Below, piece after piece: positions 27,950-43,330 of a stretch of DNA of 64,000 bases (position 1 is the first letter of the stretch; every line of letters begins with the position of its first letter). The translations under genes were made by a program, and so were the position numbers. Source of the DNA: the human T2T-CHM13v2.0 reference genome, Homo sapiens. Location: NCBI RefSeq assembly GCF_009914755.1, contig NC_060932.1; one strand, given 5' to 3'. The notes beneath the pieces are model-generated. The model had not been told where the DNA came from. It did no database searches and saw only the letters and a list, made by a program, of their open reading frames with translations.

Positions 27950-28350
27950 TCTGCAAGAAGATACAGATAATAGCTACTGGGTTTTGATTCACTACTTTTG
28001 TTAGTCTCTGTTCAAGGTTTTGCATGTGTTTATGAACTTATTCCTCATCATATTAAACATCACAGCTGGATGAGGTATTATAAACACCTTCAGTTTACAA
28101 ATATGGGACCTAAGACACATGCTAGAGGCTTGGTTAATATTTGTTAACATTTACTAAGTATTCATGAAGTGACAGATTCTATTAAACGCTTTCTGAATTT
28201 AATGGTAAAATCCTCACATCAGTCCTATGATATGGACACTGACACTAACCCTCTTTTACAGATGAGATCACTGAGGTTCATAGAAATTAAATAACTTGAG
28301 CAGGGTCATCATGCAAGCCATGGGTGATAAAGCAAGGATCTGGCTTTCAC
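27950..28350 (-). mobile_element. Two adjacent MIR fragments
   Basis: ttttacagatgagatcactgaggttcatagaaattaaataacttgagcagggtca MIR core. Confidence 0.75.
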
Positions 28351-29890
28351 ACATTGTCCTGGTAGACCTTAGATCAAAAAGTTAGCTTGCCTAGTTCCAA
28401 ATTTATGAATGTTTTCTTCCTTTCTAGTGGCTCTGTAATTAAAACAGGGATGTAATTTTTTAGTTTATTTTATGGTTCCAAAATATGCTTCATTAATCCA
28501 TAGTGAGTAAGTCTTCTTTAAAAAGCTCAACCACTCCTAGAATGTCTGTAAGTTTCTCCTGGAGTCCTAAAAAAGAGAAATTGTGATATCTAATCATTAA
28601 AATTAACTGCATCGAAACATGCTGGAAACTCAAGCTCCCAAGTTCTGCTTTCTTGGTCATAACCTGTGGTGGCTCTTATCCAAAATACAACTGAAGCTGT
28701 CTATGGCATTTGATGCCACTCACTTCTTTTTTCTCTTCTCGCATTATCTCTTCTGCTCTGGATAACTTGATATGATGGTTTGACTTTGGTAGAGTTTGGG
28801 GGTTTGGTGACCCATTAATTTTATTTATTCTACATTTAATTTGACTCCTTCCTTGGCATGAAATCAGATCTTAACCTTACCATTCAAATATTCAGGCATA
28901 ATGTGTATCTGTTGTTGAAAAAGTTCATGAATAGATGAAGGCATATATGTTCTGTGTCTTTGGGGGATTGCAATCTGAATCCCTCTCATATTCCTTGAGT
29001 ATTACAAATCTATTGCTTCTTCCCTCTTTCGCGTTCTTAAACCTTCTACTTCTGAGGGAATGGAGACAATAACATTATTCATAGCTAATGTTAGTGCCAG
29101 AAACTGTTTCAAATATTTAAAATATACTAGCCCATCTAATTATCCCAATGGTAACATGAGTCAGGAGCTTCTGCTACACTATCAACCTAGAAAACTGGCA
29201 CACAACATGCTTCAGCCAATTAAAGTGCTCAGTTGGAGAAAATTTCTGAGAGCACTGGAGGTTGGCATACTTCGGTCATTTCCCTCTTCCCTTGCTAACA
29301 AAACTTTGACTTTCCTGCCCACTGCCATATGGCCAGTCATTAGCAGTCCAAGCCTTTATTGTACTAAGGTAGTCGTGTGACCCAGATACGAAGGGCAGTA
29401 TGCAGGGGTTACAGGAACCCTTCAGAGAGAGTTTGTTTTCTTTATAAAAGCATGGAATCTTACAAGGAGAAAATCTTTTTGCCTCTGATTCTTCTTTCCT
29501 GTTTTGTTGTCTGCACAACGGTTATAAAGAATAACAGAGACCTTTTTTTTTTTCATAATGCAAGAAGCACACAGGCAGCAAATGTAATGCCTGGACGTAA
29601 TAAAGAATAAAGAGGGAGCGCATCTATTCTCTGATTGCATTACTGAGCTGCTGAGCCAGCACTATGGCCACCTACCCTCAGAAAGCCTTTGACTTCAGAT
29701 GGCTAATACCTTGACTACTTAAACATTATAAATTGATATTCTGTTACTTGCAGCAAAAAGTAATTTTAGCTGAAACGGAATTTCACACTCAAAGTGACTG
29801 GGGCACTGCAAGTTACAGACCCAAGGATAAGGATTTAACTAATTAGCAAATATAGTTATAGCAGGAGATAAGAATCCAACACTTGCAGGC

Positions 29891-30503
29891 ATGTTAGACA
29901 GGATTCCCGCTTGACCCCCAAGGTTCCTGCCTCTTGGTGTACTCATACCCACTCTGTTATTCAGTCCATCACTAACCGAGGTACCGCTGTGAAGAGGTTT
30001 TGCAGACATAATGAAGTTCCCTAATCAAATGACCTAAAATTAGAAAGACTATCTAAATGGGTCTAACTTAGTTACGTGAACCTTTTAAAAGCAGAGAGTT
30101 TTCTCTGGATGGCTAAAGAAGAGAAAGTCAGAGAGATGTGTCTAGAAGTTAAAAAAATAAAAAAAATTTTAAAAAGCATGTTTGGAACTACTACGGGAGC
30201 CACATCATTAGGCAGCTTTATTGATATGAGAGACAGTCCCTGGCCAACAGCCACCAGGAAAATGCAACCTCAGTCAATAGCTGCAACGAAATTAATGTTT
30301 CCAACAATTGGTGAGCTTGGAAAAGACCTTGAGTCTCAAATAAGAACCACATGCTCTGCCAGCATCTCAGTTTCACCGTTGTGAGACCCTAAGCAGAGAA
30401 CCCAGCCATGCCATCCTGTTCTCCGAATCCATGGAAACCGTGAGATATATTTTAAGCTGCTAGATTGCGATAATTTGTTATGAAGCAACAGAAAACTAAT
30501 GCA
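29891..30503 (+). mobile_element. MLT1E-like MaLR solo LTR
   Basis: gacccccaaggttcctgcctcttggtgt...tgtgagaccctaagcagagaacccagcc...ttgttatgaagcaacagaaaactaatgca. Confidence 0.85.
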
Positions 30504-31787
30504 GTGGGCTAAAAGTAGTTGACCCTGGTTATAGAGGAGGAAGCATTTAATTAAAATATCTGCGACTGCACATTGAGACTAACACCACATCCCATCTGAG
30601 GCTGTAATATTAGGGGAAAGGAAAAAAAAAGCATAATAATGGATATTTAAGTTTCTTATAGTTGTCATCAATGCTGTACAACAGAGATATCAGATTAGGT
30701 ATGTGGTGAGAGAGCTAGACACAGAGAGAAAAAAATATATAGCCTTCTAAGATGGGCCTTTTTCGCCAGTAGCCTGCAACCTTAGTTTACTAAGAATTTC
30801 ATAACTTGGAACCATTTTGTATTATAGAAGTCAACTTTTGTAACTCAAACTAATGTAAGTAGTGCAACCAAAACAGTGGATTCAGCAGGAGAGAAGTTTG
30901 ACAAGAGGTCCATGAATTTCTCAAACCCTTTCCATTCAGCAGTTTTAAATGAAGCAATTCATGTATGCCAGCAAAGTAATATTGAAGTTGATTCTGTGCC
31001 CAGGACAATTGACTCAAGAAGCCATAGGTCAGACACAAGGAAACTACAAGTTAGAGGAACACACGAGGTAGCTTTGATAATTAAAGGGCCTATTACAATG
31101 TCATTGGGAGGAAGACGGTATCTCCAGCGCTCACTTGAAGAAATGACCTCTGAGTTCGCTTAGTTCTCCACACCATACCCTTGGTGACAGAAACAGTCTG
31201 GATGGGTCACAATTCCCCAGGAATTGTTATACCACACCTAAGTTGCACCCCTACTTAATTTTAACATGTGTCTTATATATACTGCCAACTAGTTTCTCAG
31301 CTATTCTGCATGACAGAAATAGTTCAGAATTTTAAGCTGGACACGCCTGTGTTTGCCCCCAACTCTATCACTTATTAGATGAACTGTGGCCACCTGACTC
31401 ACCATGTTTGTTAAATTATTCTAAATAAGTAGTTGATGCATAGGTTAATGATCAACCTCTACTTCTATACAGGACTAAAACATATATTGATGAAGTGGGG
31501 CTGTCATTTCAAATATACTGACTGCCAGCATTCCCCTCAATGCTTAAAACAGCAGTTCCATTCTCAGAAATGTTTCTGTTTCTTGTGCTCCATGTTAATG
31601 TGCAGGGAATGGCTGAAAGGACTATTTTTGAGTCCCACATATGTTATTCACTAGCTGCATGATTTTGGTAAAATTATTTCCCAAGGCTTGGTAAAGTACC
31701 TGACACAAAGTCAGAATACATAAGATGTTCAGCACCCTCCCCCACGTTCCTTCCAAGGTTTTAGTCCCTGTATCTCTAAGGGGATTC

Positions 31788-31915
31788 ATTACTTAATGGG
31801 TACAGTGTATACTATTTGCATGATGGATATCCTAAGACTCCTGATTTCACCAGGATACAACCTATGCATGTAATAAAATTACACTTGTCTACCATACATT
31901 TACACAAATAAATAA
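31788..31915 (+). mobile_element. L1MA 3' terminal fragment
   Basis: attacttaatgggtacagtgtatactatttg...catgtaataaaattacacttgt. Confidence 0.8.
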
Positions 31916-32782
31916 GATATTTTTCCATTTGGAAGTCTATTATTTTACAATGTGAAGCATTTTTTTTCTGTAGGGTACAAGGAGACGATGGGGTTTTGCA
32001 GAAAAAGAAAAAATGTTCATTGTATGAAAATAAACAGTGGGAGAAAATCACGTCATGCCTAAGACCGACTTGATAATCCATATGGCTCAGCATTGTTGTT
32101 AGGCAGCTGGCTCCCTTTTGTTCATACTAAAATGGCCCACAAAAGCATTCCATAGATTGACCTCAAGATTCCCTGCTTACAAGGTTTTGTGATTAGTTTT
32201 CAATAATTATATTTGTTTGACCTCCGCAACTCCCATACCTTTGAAACATAGTGAATTATTGTTAGGTGATTAAACCTCATACATGTTATTTTTAAAATCA
32301 CATTTTAATGAATTGATCCTTCTATGATTCTCAGAGACCTTTCAATTCAAGCGTCATTTGGTTCTAATCACTATCCTACCTATAAAGTATGTGAATTTGT
32401 CAGAATAGATTAATTCAGGAATGGCCACAACTAATGCCTGGACTTTGAGTAGTTTGGCATAGCACATGTGCCTTTCTTGCTGACGTCAAGGTCTGCTGTG
32501 CTCAAGCACTCTCTGAGGGAACTGTGCTGTAATATTGACAAAGGAATCTGACCTCCTTACATCCACGAATGTTGTCATCTTAAGGTGACGTGTTTTCAGC
32601 AGCAAAGACATGAGAGAGAGAATGACAGAGTTTGCGGGGACATTTTAGGACTTGTTCTGAAATTAAAGAGCATCATTTCCAACCACATCCCATAGGACAA
32701 AAAGTCAGTTGCACGGTCCTGGGCTCACTGCAAGGGGTTTGGAAATATTGACTCCACCTATACGCACCTCCACAGGTGTGGA

Positions 32783-32858
32783 TAAACAGACAGACAGATA
32801 GATAAATAGATGGATAGATGGTGGGTTAGATAGATAGATAGATAGATAGGTGATAGAT
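32783..32858. repeat. (GATA/GACA)n tetranucleotide microsatellite
   Basis: Seen directly. Confidence 0.9.
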
Positions 32859-33140
32859 CTTTTAAACTCTGGCAAAACTTGGGTTCTAAATCAGTTTCTG
32901 CCATTTATGAATTCTTTGGTAGAATGTTGTGTAATTATATTGAGCCTATTTCCTTAGCTATAAAATAGTACATTTGTTTTTAATCAACTTTTTGTTTTCA
33001 CAACTAAGAATTACTATATGTCAGGCACCCTACTGGATATTTAGGAAACAAATATGAACAGAGTAGATACCCCCTTTTTCCATGAAAGTGACATGGTACC
33101 AAAAAAGGCAGCTGCTAATGAAATAATTAATAATCAGTAA

Positions 33141-33472
<332 letters not shown>

Positions 33473-35416
33473 TTAGTTATGAATGTTAATAAGAGGGTGT
33501 GCAGGATGTTATTAGAAGATATTTTGCGGTATTTGTCATAAGCTATGGAAGGTTTTTTTGTCATAACTATAATTGATGTGAGCTTTGAAACAGAAAATAA
33601 GTAGACTAAAAAATAATGATGTGGGGACATTTTCAAAGGGATTAAGTGGGATATATTGAGATTAGAAAAATAAATTTATGTTTTCCATACATCAATAGAT
33701 GCAATGAAGAAGGTAAAAGTTATTATTTCTTATACTGTGTGTAAGAAAAGATATTACTCCACAATCCACCCCAAACACAAAAGCAAAACAAGCAAAACAA
33801 CAACAAAGGAAAAACCTCTCTTCCCCAAAAGGAAATAAACACTTCTTTAATAAACGTACCCTGTTTTAGAGATGACTATTACTTAGTTCTCCTCCGTTCT
33901 TCGTTTTAGCAGTTACAGGTCATCTTACACTGGATTGCAGACTCAAGCCTAAAAAATCTGTGATGTCTGAGCTTTCTGCTATGTGTCCTTTTGAAACAAT
34001 TCATCATTTGTGCCTGAGATATGGATCACACCTGAACTGTTCTTTGTACTAAAGGAATGGCACAGCGCCTGGTATACAGTCAGTGTGTAATGCATTAGCT
34101 AGTTTTTACCCTTGGTCTCCACAGCCCTAGGGGTGGAGACAGGTAGAGATAGAGCTGCCATCATCATGGCTACATTAACCCAGAGAAGACTTTAATTAGG
34201 TTGTCTTTAATATGTTTCTTAGAATCTAGAGATCATGTCTCCCTTGGTGAGAATTTTCTCTGCATGTTTCAGAACATTACATCTCATTGAGCTTTATTGA
34301 CATTATCACTGACTCCCAGTCACCAACTAAAATCTGCTGGATTTTGTCTTGAAGTTTCATAGTGCCCTATTTTTAAAAATCCTAAGTCCCATAAACAGAT
34401 ATGTGGTTATTAGAAATCATGCAAATTGATGATATATAATAACTTAAGCATAGATGAAACACATCTGATACTTAAAAGAATAGGCTTCTTCTCCTCAATA
34501 TTCTATTCTTTTTCAAATTCCAGGCAATAATTATAAATTAAGATTGAGTGTGCCTTTTCATATTAGCTGAAATTTCTATTCCATAAAATAGACACCAATA
34601 CAAGGTTCTGGGTGAGCAAACACCTGCAGTCTAGATTCGATTTTGCCATTTTTCATGAAAGAACATTGGATTCAAAGAGCAATAGGTGCAAATGTTGGTT
34701 TTACTACTTACTTAATTGGTATTAGGTTTAAAGGACACAGCAATCTGGGCTCAGCAGAGGAATTCCGTGATGAATTAGTGATGTCTGTCAGGAGCATGGG
34801 GAGGAGATATGATGAAGGGGGTATGTGGCAGCCCAAGATTTACTTATTTGTCATTCCTGTAAAAAGCAATTACTGTGACTTCCCATATTCCATAATGTCC
34901 CTTGGGAGCAGTGGCCTCATAAGTCTAATGGGTATAATCACATCTACTGTAAAACCAGAGAAAATTACCGAGGCAAGTTTCAATCAATTTAGAGGTTAAT
35001 TTTGCAAAGGTGGAGAACATGACTGGGAAAAAGGAACAAAAAATTGCAGGAACACCTGTGATCAGTGCTTTCTTCAAAGAGGGTTTGAGGACTTGAGTAT
35101 TTAAAGGGGAAAGAATGGACAGTAGGGAAAAGAGGAAAGAACAAGTTGGGGTGGGTTGGTAAAAGAGACAAGTGGTTGTATTATTTTGAGGCTTTGATCC
35201 GCATTCACCGAATTCACATTTTACATGTGAATGGGGGAAGAAGAACAGTCAACTATGAATTAGCCTTGCACTCAGTGAATCTGTATTTTTCATACAAGGT
35301 GAAATAAACATAGAGTAGAGGAAGCAGTCAAATACGCAATTGTTTCAGATGAGTGGAGGGATGACTTCTAGTCCTGTCTTTGTCCTGTACCTTTTTTTAG
35401 ATTGTGCTTCATGGTA

Positions 35417-35720
35417 TTTTTTTTTTTCTTTTTGAGACGGAGTCTCGCTCTTGTCGCCCAGGCTGGAGTGGAGAGGCACAATCTCGGCTCAGTGCAAACT
35501 CTGCCTCCCGGATTCAAGCTATTCTCCTGCCTCAGCCTCCTGAGTAGCTGGGATTACAGGAGCCTGCCACCATGCCTGGCTAATTTTTGTACTTTTAGTA
35601 GAGACAGGGTTTTGCCATGTTGGCCAGGCTGGTCTCGAACTCCTGAAGTCAGGTGATCTGACTGCCTGCCTCAGTCTCCCAAAGTGTTGGGATTATAGGT
35701 GTGAGCCACTGTACCCAGCC
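35417..35720 (-). mobile_element. AluS inserted in the L1 tail region
   Basis: Full antisense Alu; TSD tcat[g/t]gtatttt at ~35409 and ~35722. Confidence 0.92.
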
Positions 35721-35734
35721 ATCATTGTATTTTT

Positions 35735-36250
35735 TAAAAACATTTTTCTAGCTTTTATTTCAGGTCCAGGGGTACATGTGCAGGTTTATTTTAGGTTCAG
35801 GGGTACATGTGCAGGTTTGCTATATAGGTAAATTGTTGTGTTGTGGTGGTTTGGTGTATAGCTTATTTTATCAACCAGGTAATAAGCAGAGTATTCAGTA
35901 GGTATGTTTTTGATCCTCACCCTCCTCCCACACTCCACCCTTAAATAGGCCCTGGTGTCCCTTCGTTGTGTCATATGAACTCGATGTTTAGCTCCCACTT
36001 GCAAGTGAGAACATAAGGTATTTCATTTTCTGTTCCTGCATTAGTTCACTTAGGATGATGGCGTCCATCTCGAACCATGTTGCTGCAAAGGACATAATCT
36101 CATTCTTTTAATGGCTGTGTGGTAATCCGTGGTGTATATGTACATTTTCTTTATCCAGTCTACCATTGATGGGCATTTATGTTGATTCCATGTCCCTTTG
36201 CTATTGTGAATACTGCTGACATGAACATATGCACACATGTGTGTTTATTG
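35735..36250 (-). mobile_element. L1PA13-16-like 3' fragment with an internal 31-bp tandem duplication (35754-35815)
   Basis: ttttaggttcaggggtacatgtgcaggtttg...gctcccacttgcaagtgagaaca; tttatt[tc/tt]aggt[c/t]caggggtacatgtgcagg x2. Confidence 0.88.
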
Positions 36251-36859
36251 TTTTGTACCTTTGAAGATAAGCTGTTTATTTACATTGGCAGGATAAAATT
36301 CAACAGAACTTTGTTTTAGGGTAAAGATAAGAGGGACCACAGGGATTTCCTTGTGAGCAAATGCTGAGGAAGTTCCTCTGGGTGGGTACATGACCTTCTA
36401 TCTTTGCAGCTATCTACGAAGGAACAAAATGGGAGGCAGTTTTGCAGGACTCAGTTTCCAGGCTTAACTTTTCCCTTTGGCATAGTGAATTCCAGGCCCT
36501 AAGATTTTCTTTTCTTTTCACAATACCATACATCCATTCCAGGATAACAAGAACTTCAACTGAGTCAATGCCTGTAAAAATTCTTCAAAAAGCAAGGAAT
36601 TGAAAAATAATAGGTTTGAGTAATGATGATTGCATTGTTGAGTCATTTAGAGATCATAGTTAAGGTGGCTTGAAACACCTTATAATTTTATTGCCTCATA
36701 ACCTTCAGGAGAGTAACGCAAAATTAGAACTGATATTCTTGAGAATTAAATGAGTGCATTGATTTTGACATGAAGCACAATCTCACCCTGAGTGAGATAT
36801 GTTTGCTTTGAAAAAGTAAGAGTGCTGCACGGTTTGAACCTTTGTGGATACTGGTGTTC

Positions 36860-37060
36860 AGCAACTCTAAAATCAGAAAGCTTGCACTTCGTTATTTGCT
36901 AGCTCTGTTATCTTGCACAACTGTATGTCTTAATGTCTTGGTTCCCTCATCAATAAAGTTGTAATATTAAGAGTACTTAACACATGGAGTTGTTGAAAAA
37001 ATTAAATAAGTTATATATGAATTAGAATTACTCCTGACATAATGGTTCCTAGCTATTATT
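36860..37060 (+). mobile_element. MIR
   Basis: atttgctagctctgttatcttgcacaa...gttccctcatcaataaag MIR core. Confidence 0.65.
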
Positions 37061-37539
37061 AATCAAATGGCACTCAAAGGCAGAGGATTCTGGAACCAGT
37101 AAGCCACACAAGCACTTTAGGAAAAGGAGACGTCTAAAATTTTATGGGGTGAGGACTGAGAAAACAAAGTGGCTGGGAACCCCAAGCCTGGCCAGGGGAG
37201 TTCACTTAGTACTGTGCAGTTGTCAGATGCAGTACTAATCTTTATGAGATAGAACTTGATCATGACCAGCACCCTCAAATCACTGATGAGCCAAATACTA
37301 CAGTAGATTTTCCTAAGGAAGATAGCATACTTGCCATTTTAATTATAATCTCTGTATTTAGTAATAAAAGGCATTGGACCTAATTTTCAGTTCAGTGGAA
37401 ACTGAACCTGGTAAGCCATATAGCTCTACATAAGCAGACATAAATTCTACGTGGACATATAAAGACCACACAAGAGTATTAGGTGCACAGTAAGCCTGCA
37501 CTGCAGAATCGTATCTCCTTGACCCCATTCTAATCATGT

Positions 37540-38123
37540 TGTAACAGAAACTCAAGTTCAGTTGTTCACCACTTGCAGTCCATTAATAAGGGCAAGGCCT
37601 AGTATAAAGAAAGCAACTTTTTATTCCAAAGCCAGCTAAGGAGAAGAAGTGCAGGCTCCCCGCCTTAAGGGTGCCACTTTGCTAATGGAGCAGAAAGCAG
37701 GTGCTTTTAAAAAGCATGAACGGCACATGGTTGTGGGAAAACACGGGGGGGAGTCAATGTAACTCACTGTGCTGCCTTATCTACCAGGCAGCTGAGCTGG
37801 TGACCACTGATGCCTTTGTGGAAAGAACTGAGTTGTTAAAGTGACTGAAATTCTCCAGGTGGGGGAGAGTTTCGTAACAGGCATACTTTGGGTTGTAGAT
37901 TGACTGTTGTCTCTCAAGGCAGTCTCCTGGTGGGAGAAAGTTCTGCTTTGGAGCTTCTAAGCACAAAGTTAGATGGACTTGCCCTGTGGGGAGTGTCTGG
38001 TGAAGGAGAGGTAAAAGGTTATAACTGCACTTCTAGAGAGCAAAGTAGGAAGTAGGAAAAAGGAGTAAAGAAGGAGAAAAATAATTAAAACATCTCTTTG
38101 AAAAATGGGGGTACTGGGTTACA
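37540..38123 (-). mobile_element. ERV1 solo LTR (LTR24/LTR29/LTR36-like) with a perfect 4-bp TSD
   Basis: TGTAAC...GTTACA inverted termini; ATGT at 37536-37539 and 38124-38127. Confidence 0.85.
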
Positions 38124-38763
38124 ATGTCCCTTTGGATATTGCTAATTAGAAAAAATTAGCCGATAGGTAGTTAGAAAAAAAAATATTTGCCTAATAACTA
38201 TAATGGAAGTAGTCTGATTACCCCCATTTCTTTCTAAAAAGGGGACATTCCTGCATACTGGGGGAAGGGGCACATGGACAGTTTATATTTTCAAGTCAAT
38301 TTTGGTGAGAACCTAAAACTGATTAAAAAAATAGAAAATATAAAAGAATATATATTCCTTCAAAAGGATGAAATCAAAAAAGAAACAGGGAGAAAGAGTA
38401 CTCAAAGAGATTGTCTCCCTGAAAGTATGAGCTTTGAACTTTTTTTTAAAATGAGAGTGACTAGAGCTTCTTGTCTTGTTCCTGGTTTGACTTGTCTCTA
38501 TTAGGATTGCTTTTCTACCTGGTAGAGTCAGATAAATAAATGCAAGGCAGAGGCATCTCAGTTAAAGTTGGGACGTGGTTCAAAACACTACTATTAGTGA
38601 TTCTAGCATTTTGAGGCTACTTAATGATGAAGCTCAATGAAGAAGAAATAAGTCCACAATGCAGAAATAAAAAAGTGATTTGGAGAGTACAGCTGATTTC
38701 AAGAGACCAGAGGGAAGATTCTATTCTCATTGCTTTTAATCAAGGGTAGCCAGGGTGCAGAGC

Positions 38764-39048
38764 TGTCTTAATGTGTTCGGGCTGCCATAACAAAAAAAAA
38801 AAACAACTGTAGACTGGGTGGCTTAAGCAACAAACATTTATTTCTCACAGCTCTGGAGGTGCGAAGCCTCAAGGTGACAGCAGATTAGGTTCCTGATGAG
38901 GGCCTGTTTCTTGGCTTGTAGTTGGCCACCTTCTTACTGTGTCATCACATGGAGGAAAGAGAGGAAACTCTGGTGTCTCCTCGTCTTCTTACAAGGGCAT
39001 TAATTCCACCATGTGGGCTTCATCCTCGCAATCTCCTCTGAAACTAAT
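38764..39048 (-). mobile_element. MLT1A-like LTR (partial)
   Basis: tgtcttaatgtgttcgggctgccataac...agactgggtggcttaagcaacaaacatttatttctcacagctctggagg. Confidence 0.85.
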
Positions 39049-40292
<1,244 letters not shown>

Positions 40293-40555
40293 AGGAAGCC
40301 AGATATAGCCTTCTGACTCAGAAGACCACCATAGTCCTTATGAGAGGACAAATATTTCAAAGTAGAGGTATAACCCCAGGGGGATGATGACTAACTGTAG
40401 AGCAGCCAGGCAGACTCTAGAAGGGGAGAAAAGGTAGATTCCCTGGCCTAACATCCTCTTACTGATCTTATTCTTGATTTCTTTCCTGACTTACTCCTCT
40501 TTGTTCACCACACTGAAGTCTGCAGGGTCATTTAAAATACAAAATGATTTCTTCA

Positions 40556-41073
<518 letters not shown>

Positions 41074-41171
41074 TCAGGTCTTCACTTGGCTGGATCCCTT
41101 TCATTTTATTTTATCCTATTAAATGTCACTCACTCAAATGATCCTATCTAAATAAACAACTTATGCTGTTC

Positions 41172-41334
41172 TTTTTTATTTTATTTTTAGAAACAGTATC
41201 TCATTCTGTCACCCAGACTGAAGTACAGTGGTGCAATCATAGCTCACTATCCTCAAACTCCTGGGCTCAAGGGATCCTCCTGACTCAGCCTCCCAAGTGG
41301 CTGGGATTAAGGGCCTGAGCCACCATGCCCAGCC
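41172..41334 (-). mobile_element. Monomeric Alu (FRAM/AluJ-derived)
   Basis: Single-arm antisense Alu with J-type ctcctgggctcaag; TSD-like tgct[g/a]ttct. Confidence 0.8.
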
Positions 41335-41554
41335 TGCTATTCTCTGTTATGCCCCACTATCTGTTTTCTTTCTATCATTTATGACAACCTATTCATTACT
41401 TTCTTCATATTTTATTGACTGTTACCCTTACTAGGCTGGAAACTTAAATGGAAACAAAGACCATGTTTTCAATCTTCTTGATACAGTTATCTAAAATAGA
41501 ACCTTGCCTAAGTCATGACTGAATGTACCTAATGGGACTTAGTAAAATCTACTG

Positions 41555-41740
41555 AAGGAAAGGAGGAAGGAAGGAAAAAAGCAAGGAAGGAAGGAAGGAA
41601 GGAGGAGGGAGAGAGGGACCGAGGGAGGGAGGGAGGGAGGAAGGAAGGAAGGAAGGGGGAAGGGAGGAACAGAAGGAAGAATGGAGGGAGGAAGGAAGGG
41701 AAGGGAGGGAAAAGAGGAATGGAAAGAGGAAGAGGGAAGA
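41555..41740. repeat. (GGAA/GGGA)n polypurine tract
   Basis: Seen directly; ~185 bp almost purely A/G. Confidence 0.95.
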
Positions 41741-41867
41741 TGCACCCACTCACTATGTCAGGGAGAGCTGTGAATCCATTGAGATGTAGGAGTCATCATC
41801 ACTAATGCCTACTCTCATTCTTCAACATCAAGTTCAAAAGGCATCCCTATGAAACCATCCTTGATGA

Positions 41868-42279
<412 letters not shown>

Positions 42280-42639
42280 AAGAGTTACAATCTTATCTGA
42301 TGCCACACCACCACAAATGCCTTGTTGACTGAGAGGAGGTCTGATTAATCTCTACATTCCTAGCACACTCTGTCGGGATGGAACATAATAATCAACCAAT
42401 AAAATTAACTGTGATTGTTTCCGTTAACACTATTGGTCTTAGTGGTATTATCATAAATTCAGTACTTTAAAGTAAAGTAAATCAAATTAAGCCTTGATAT
42501 TTTTAGCTTTGTGTCAGTTGGTAGTCTGGTCCATTCCTGAGCACATGAGCCTGGTTAGGCTGAATCTGCTGTTGTGCTCACCGCCCCTATACATCAGCAG
42601 CATCTGTGGAGTGGAAGTCTTCCCAGATAATGCATGTCA

Positions 42640-42782
42640 GTTTATAGCAACATACCTGGTGGTCTTGTTAGAGTGCAAATCCTAGTTCAGTGTAACCGTG
42701 GTGGGGCCCAATGTTCTCCATTTCTAACAAGCTCACAGGAGATGGTGATGGCTGTAATTCACACAACACTGAATAGCAAAGT
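42640..42782. mobile_element. MER5A-like hAT fragment
   Basis: catttctaacaagctcacaggagatggtgatg...actgaatagcaa. Confidence 0.55.
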
Positions 42783-42979
42783 TGTAGAGCACAAGTGAAT
42801 CAAGAGAGTCAACGTAACAGCCCTTTATCAACATTAGGAGGAATTTTGTTTTCTGTTGGCAGAAACTCCTCAGTTAACTTGAAGCCATAATTCAGTGTCA
42901 AAACTAATTTCAGGTAAATGGAAAGTTAATGACAAGCCCATAAACCACTGGTTATGAATTGGCCAAGCATAACACGAGA

Positions 42980-43330
42980 TTAGTGTTATGTAGCAGTGAC
43001 TGAAGACTCTTGAGTCAAACTGTCTGTGTTCTTACTTATTATGCCACTGGCTTGCTTTGGGACCCTGGTAAGTTATATACCAGGTTTATATCTCTAAAAC
43101 CTCAACTTTCCTTATCTATAACAGAATGTATTAGATTGAGTACATTCATATTACATATATGAAGGAAGGAAGGGAGGGAGGAAAGAAGGAAAGAAAGGGA
43201 AGGAGGGAGGGAGGGAAGGAAGGAATAATAGCTCTGTATTAGAATCTGGGCAAGAAATAAAAAGTGACACATATTACTTTTAGCACAATGCTGGCACAAT
43301 ATAAATATAGAATATATTTTAGCTATTGTT
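42980..43330 (+). mobile_element. MIR containing a (GGAA)n expansion (43162-43225)
   Basis: accctggtaagttat...cctcaactttccttatctataacagaat. Confidence 0.7.

Larger units (their letters stand above)
34948..36522 (-). mobile_element. MER4-group ERV1 solo LTR interrupted by an L1 and an Alu
   Basis: TG...CA ends (tgtaaaaccagag...ttttcttttcaca); halves rejoin at tttgtcctgtacct|ttgaagataagctg; TSD-like ctac/atac. Confidence 0.75.

Noticed and set aside
37207-37410. Small hairpins (ttagtactg...cagtactaa; gttcagt-GGAA-actgaac) as a structured ncRNA
   Set aside because: Stems of 7-9 bp are expected by chance in 64 kb; no promoter, terminator or family motif supports them.
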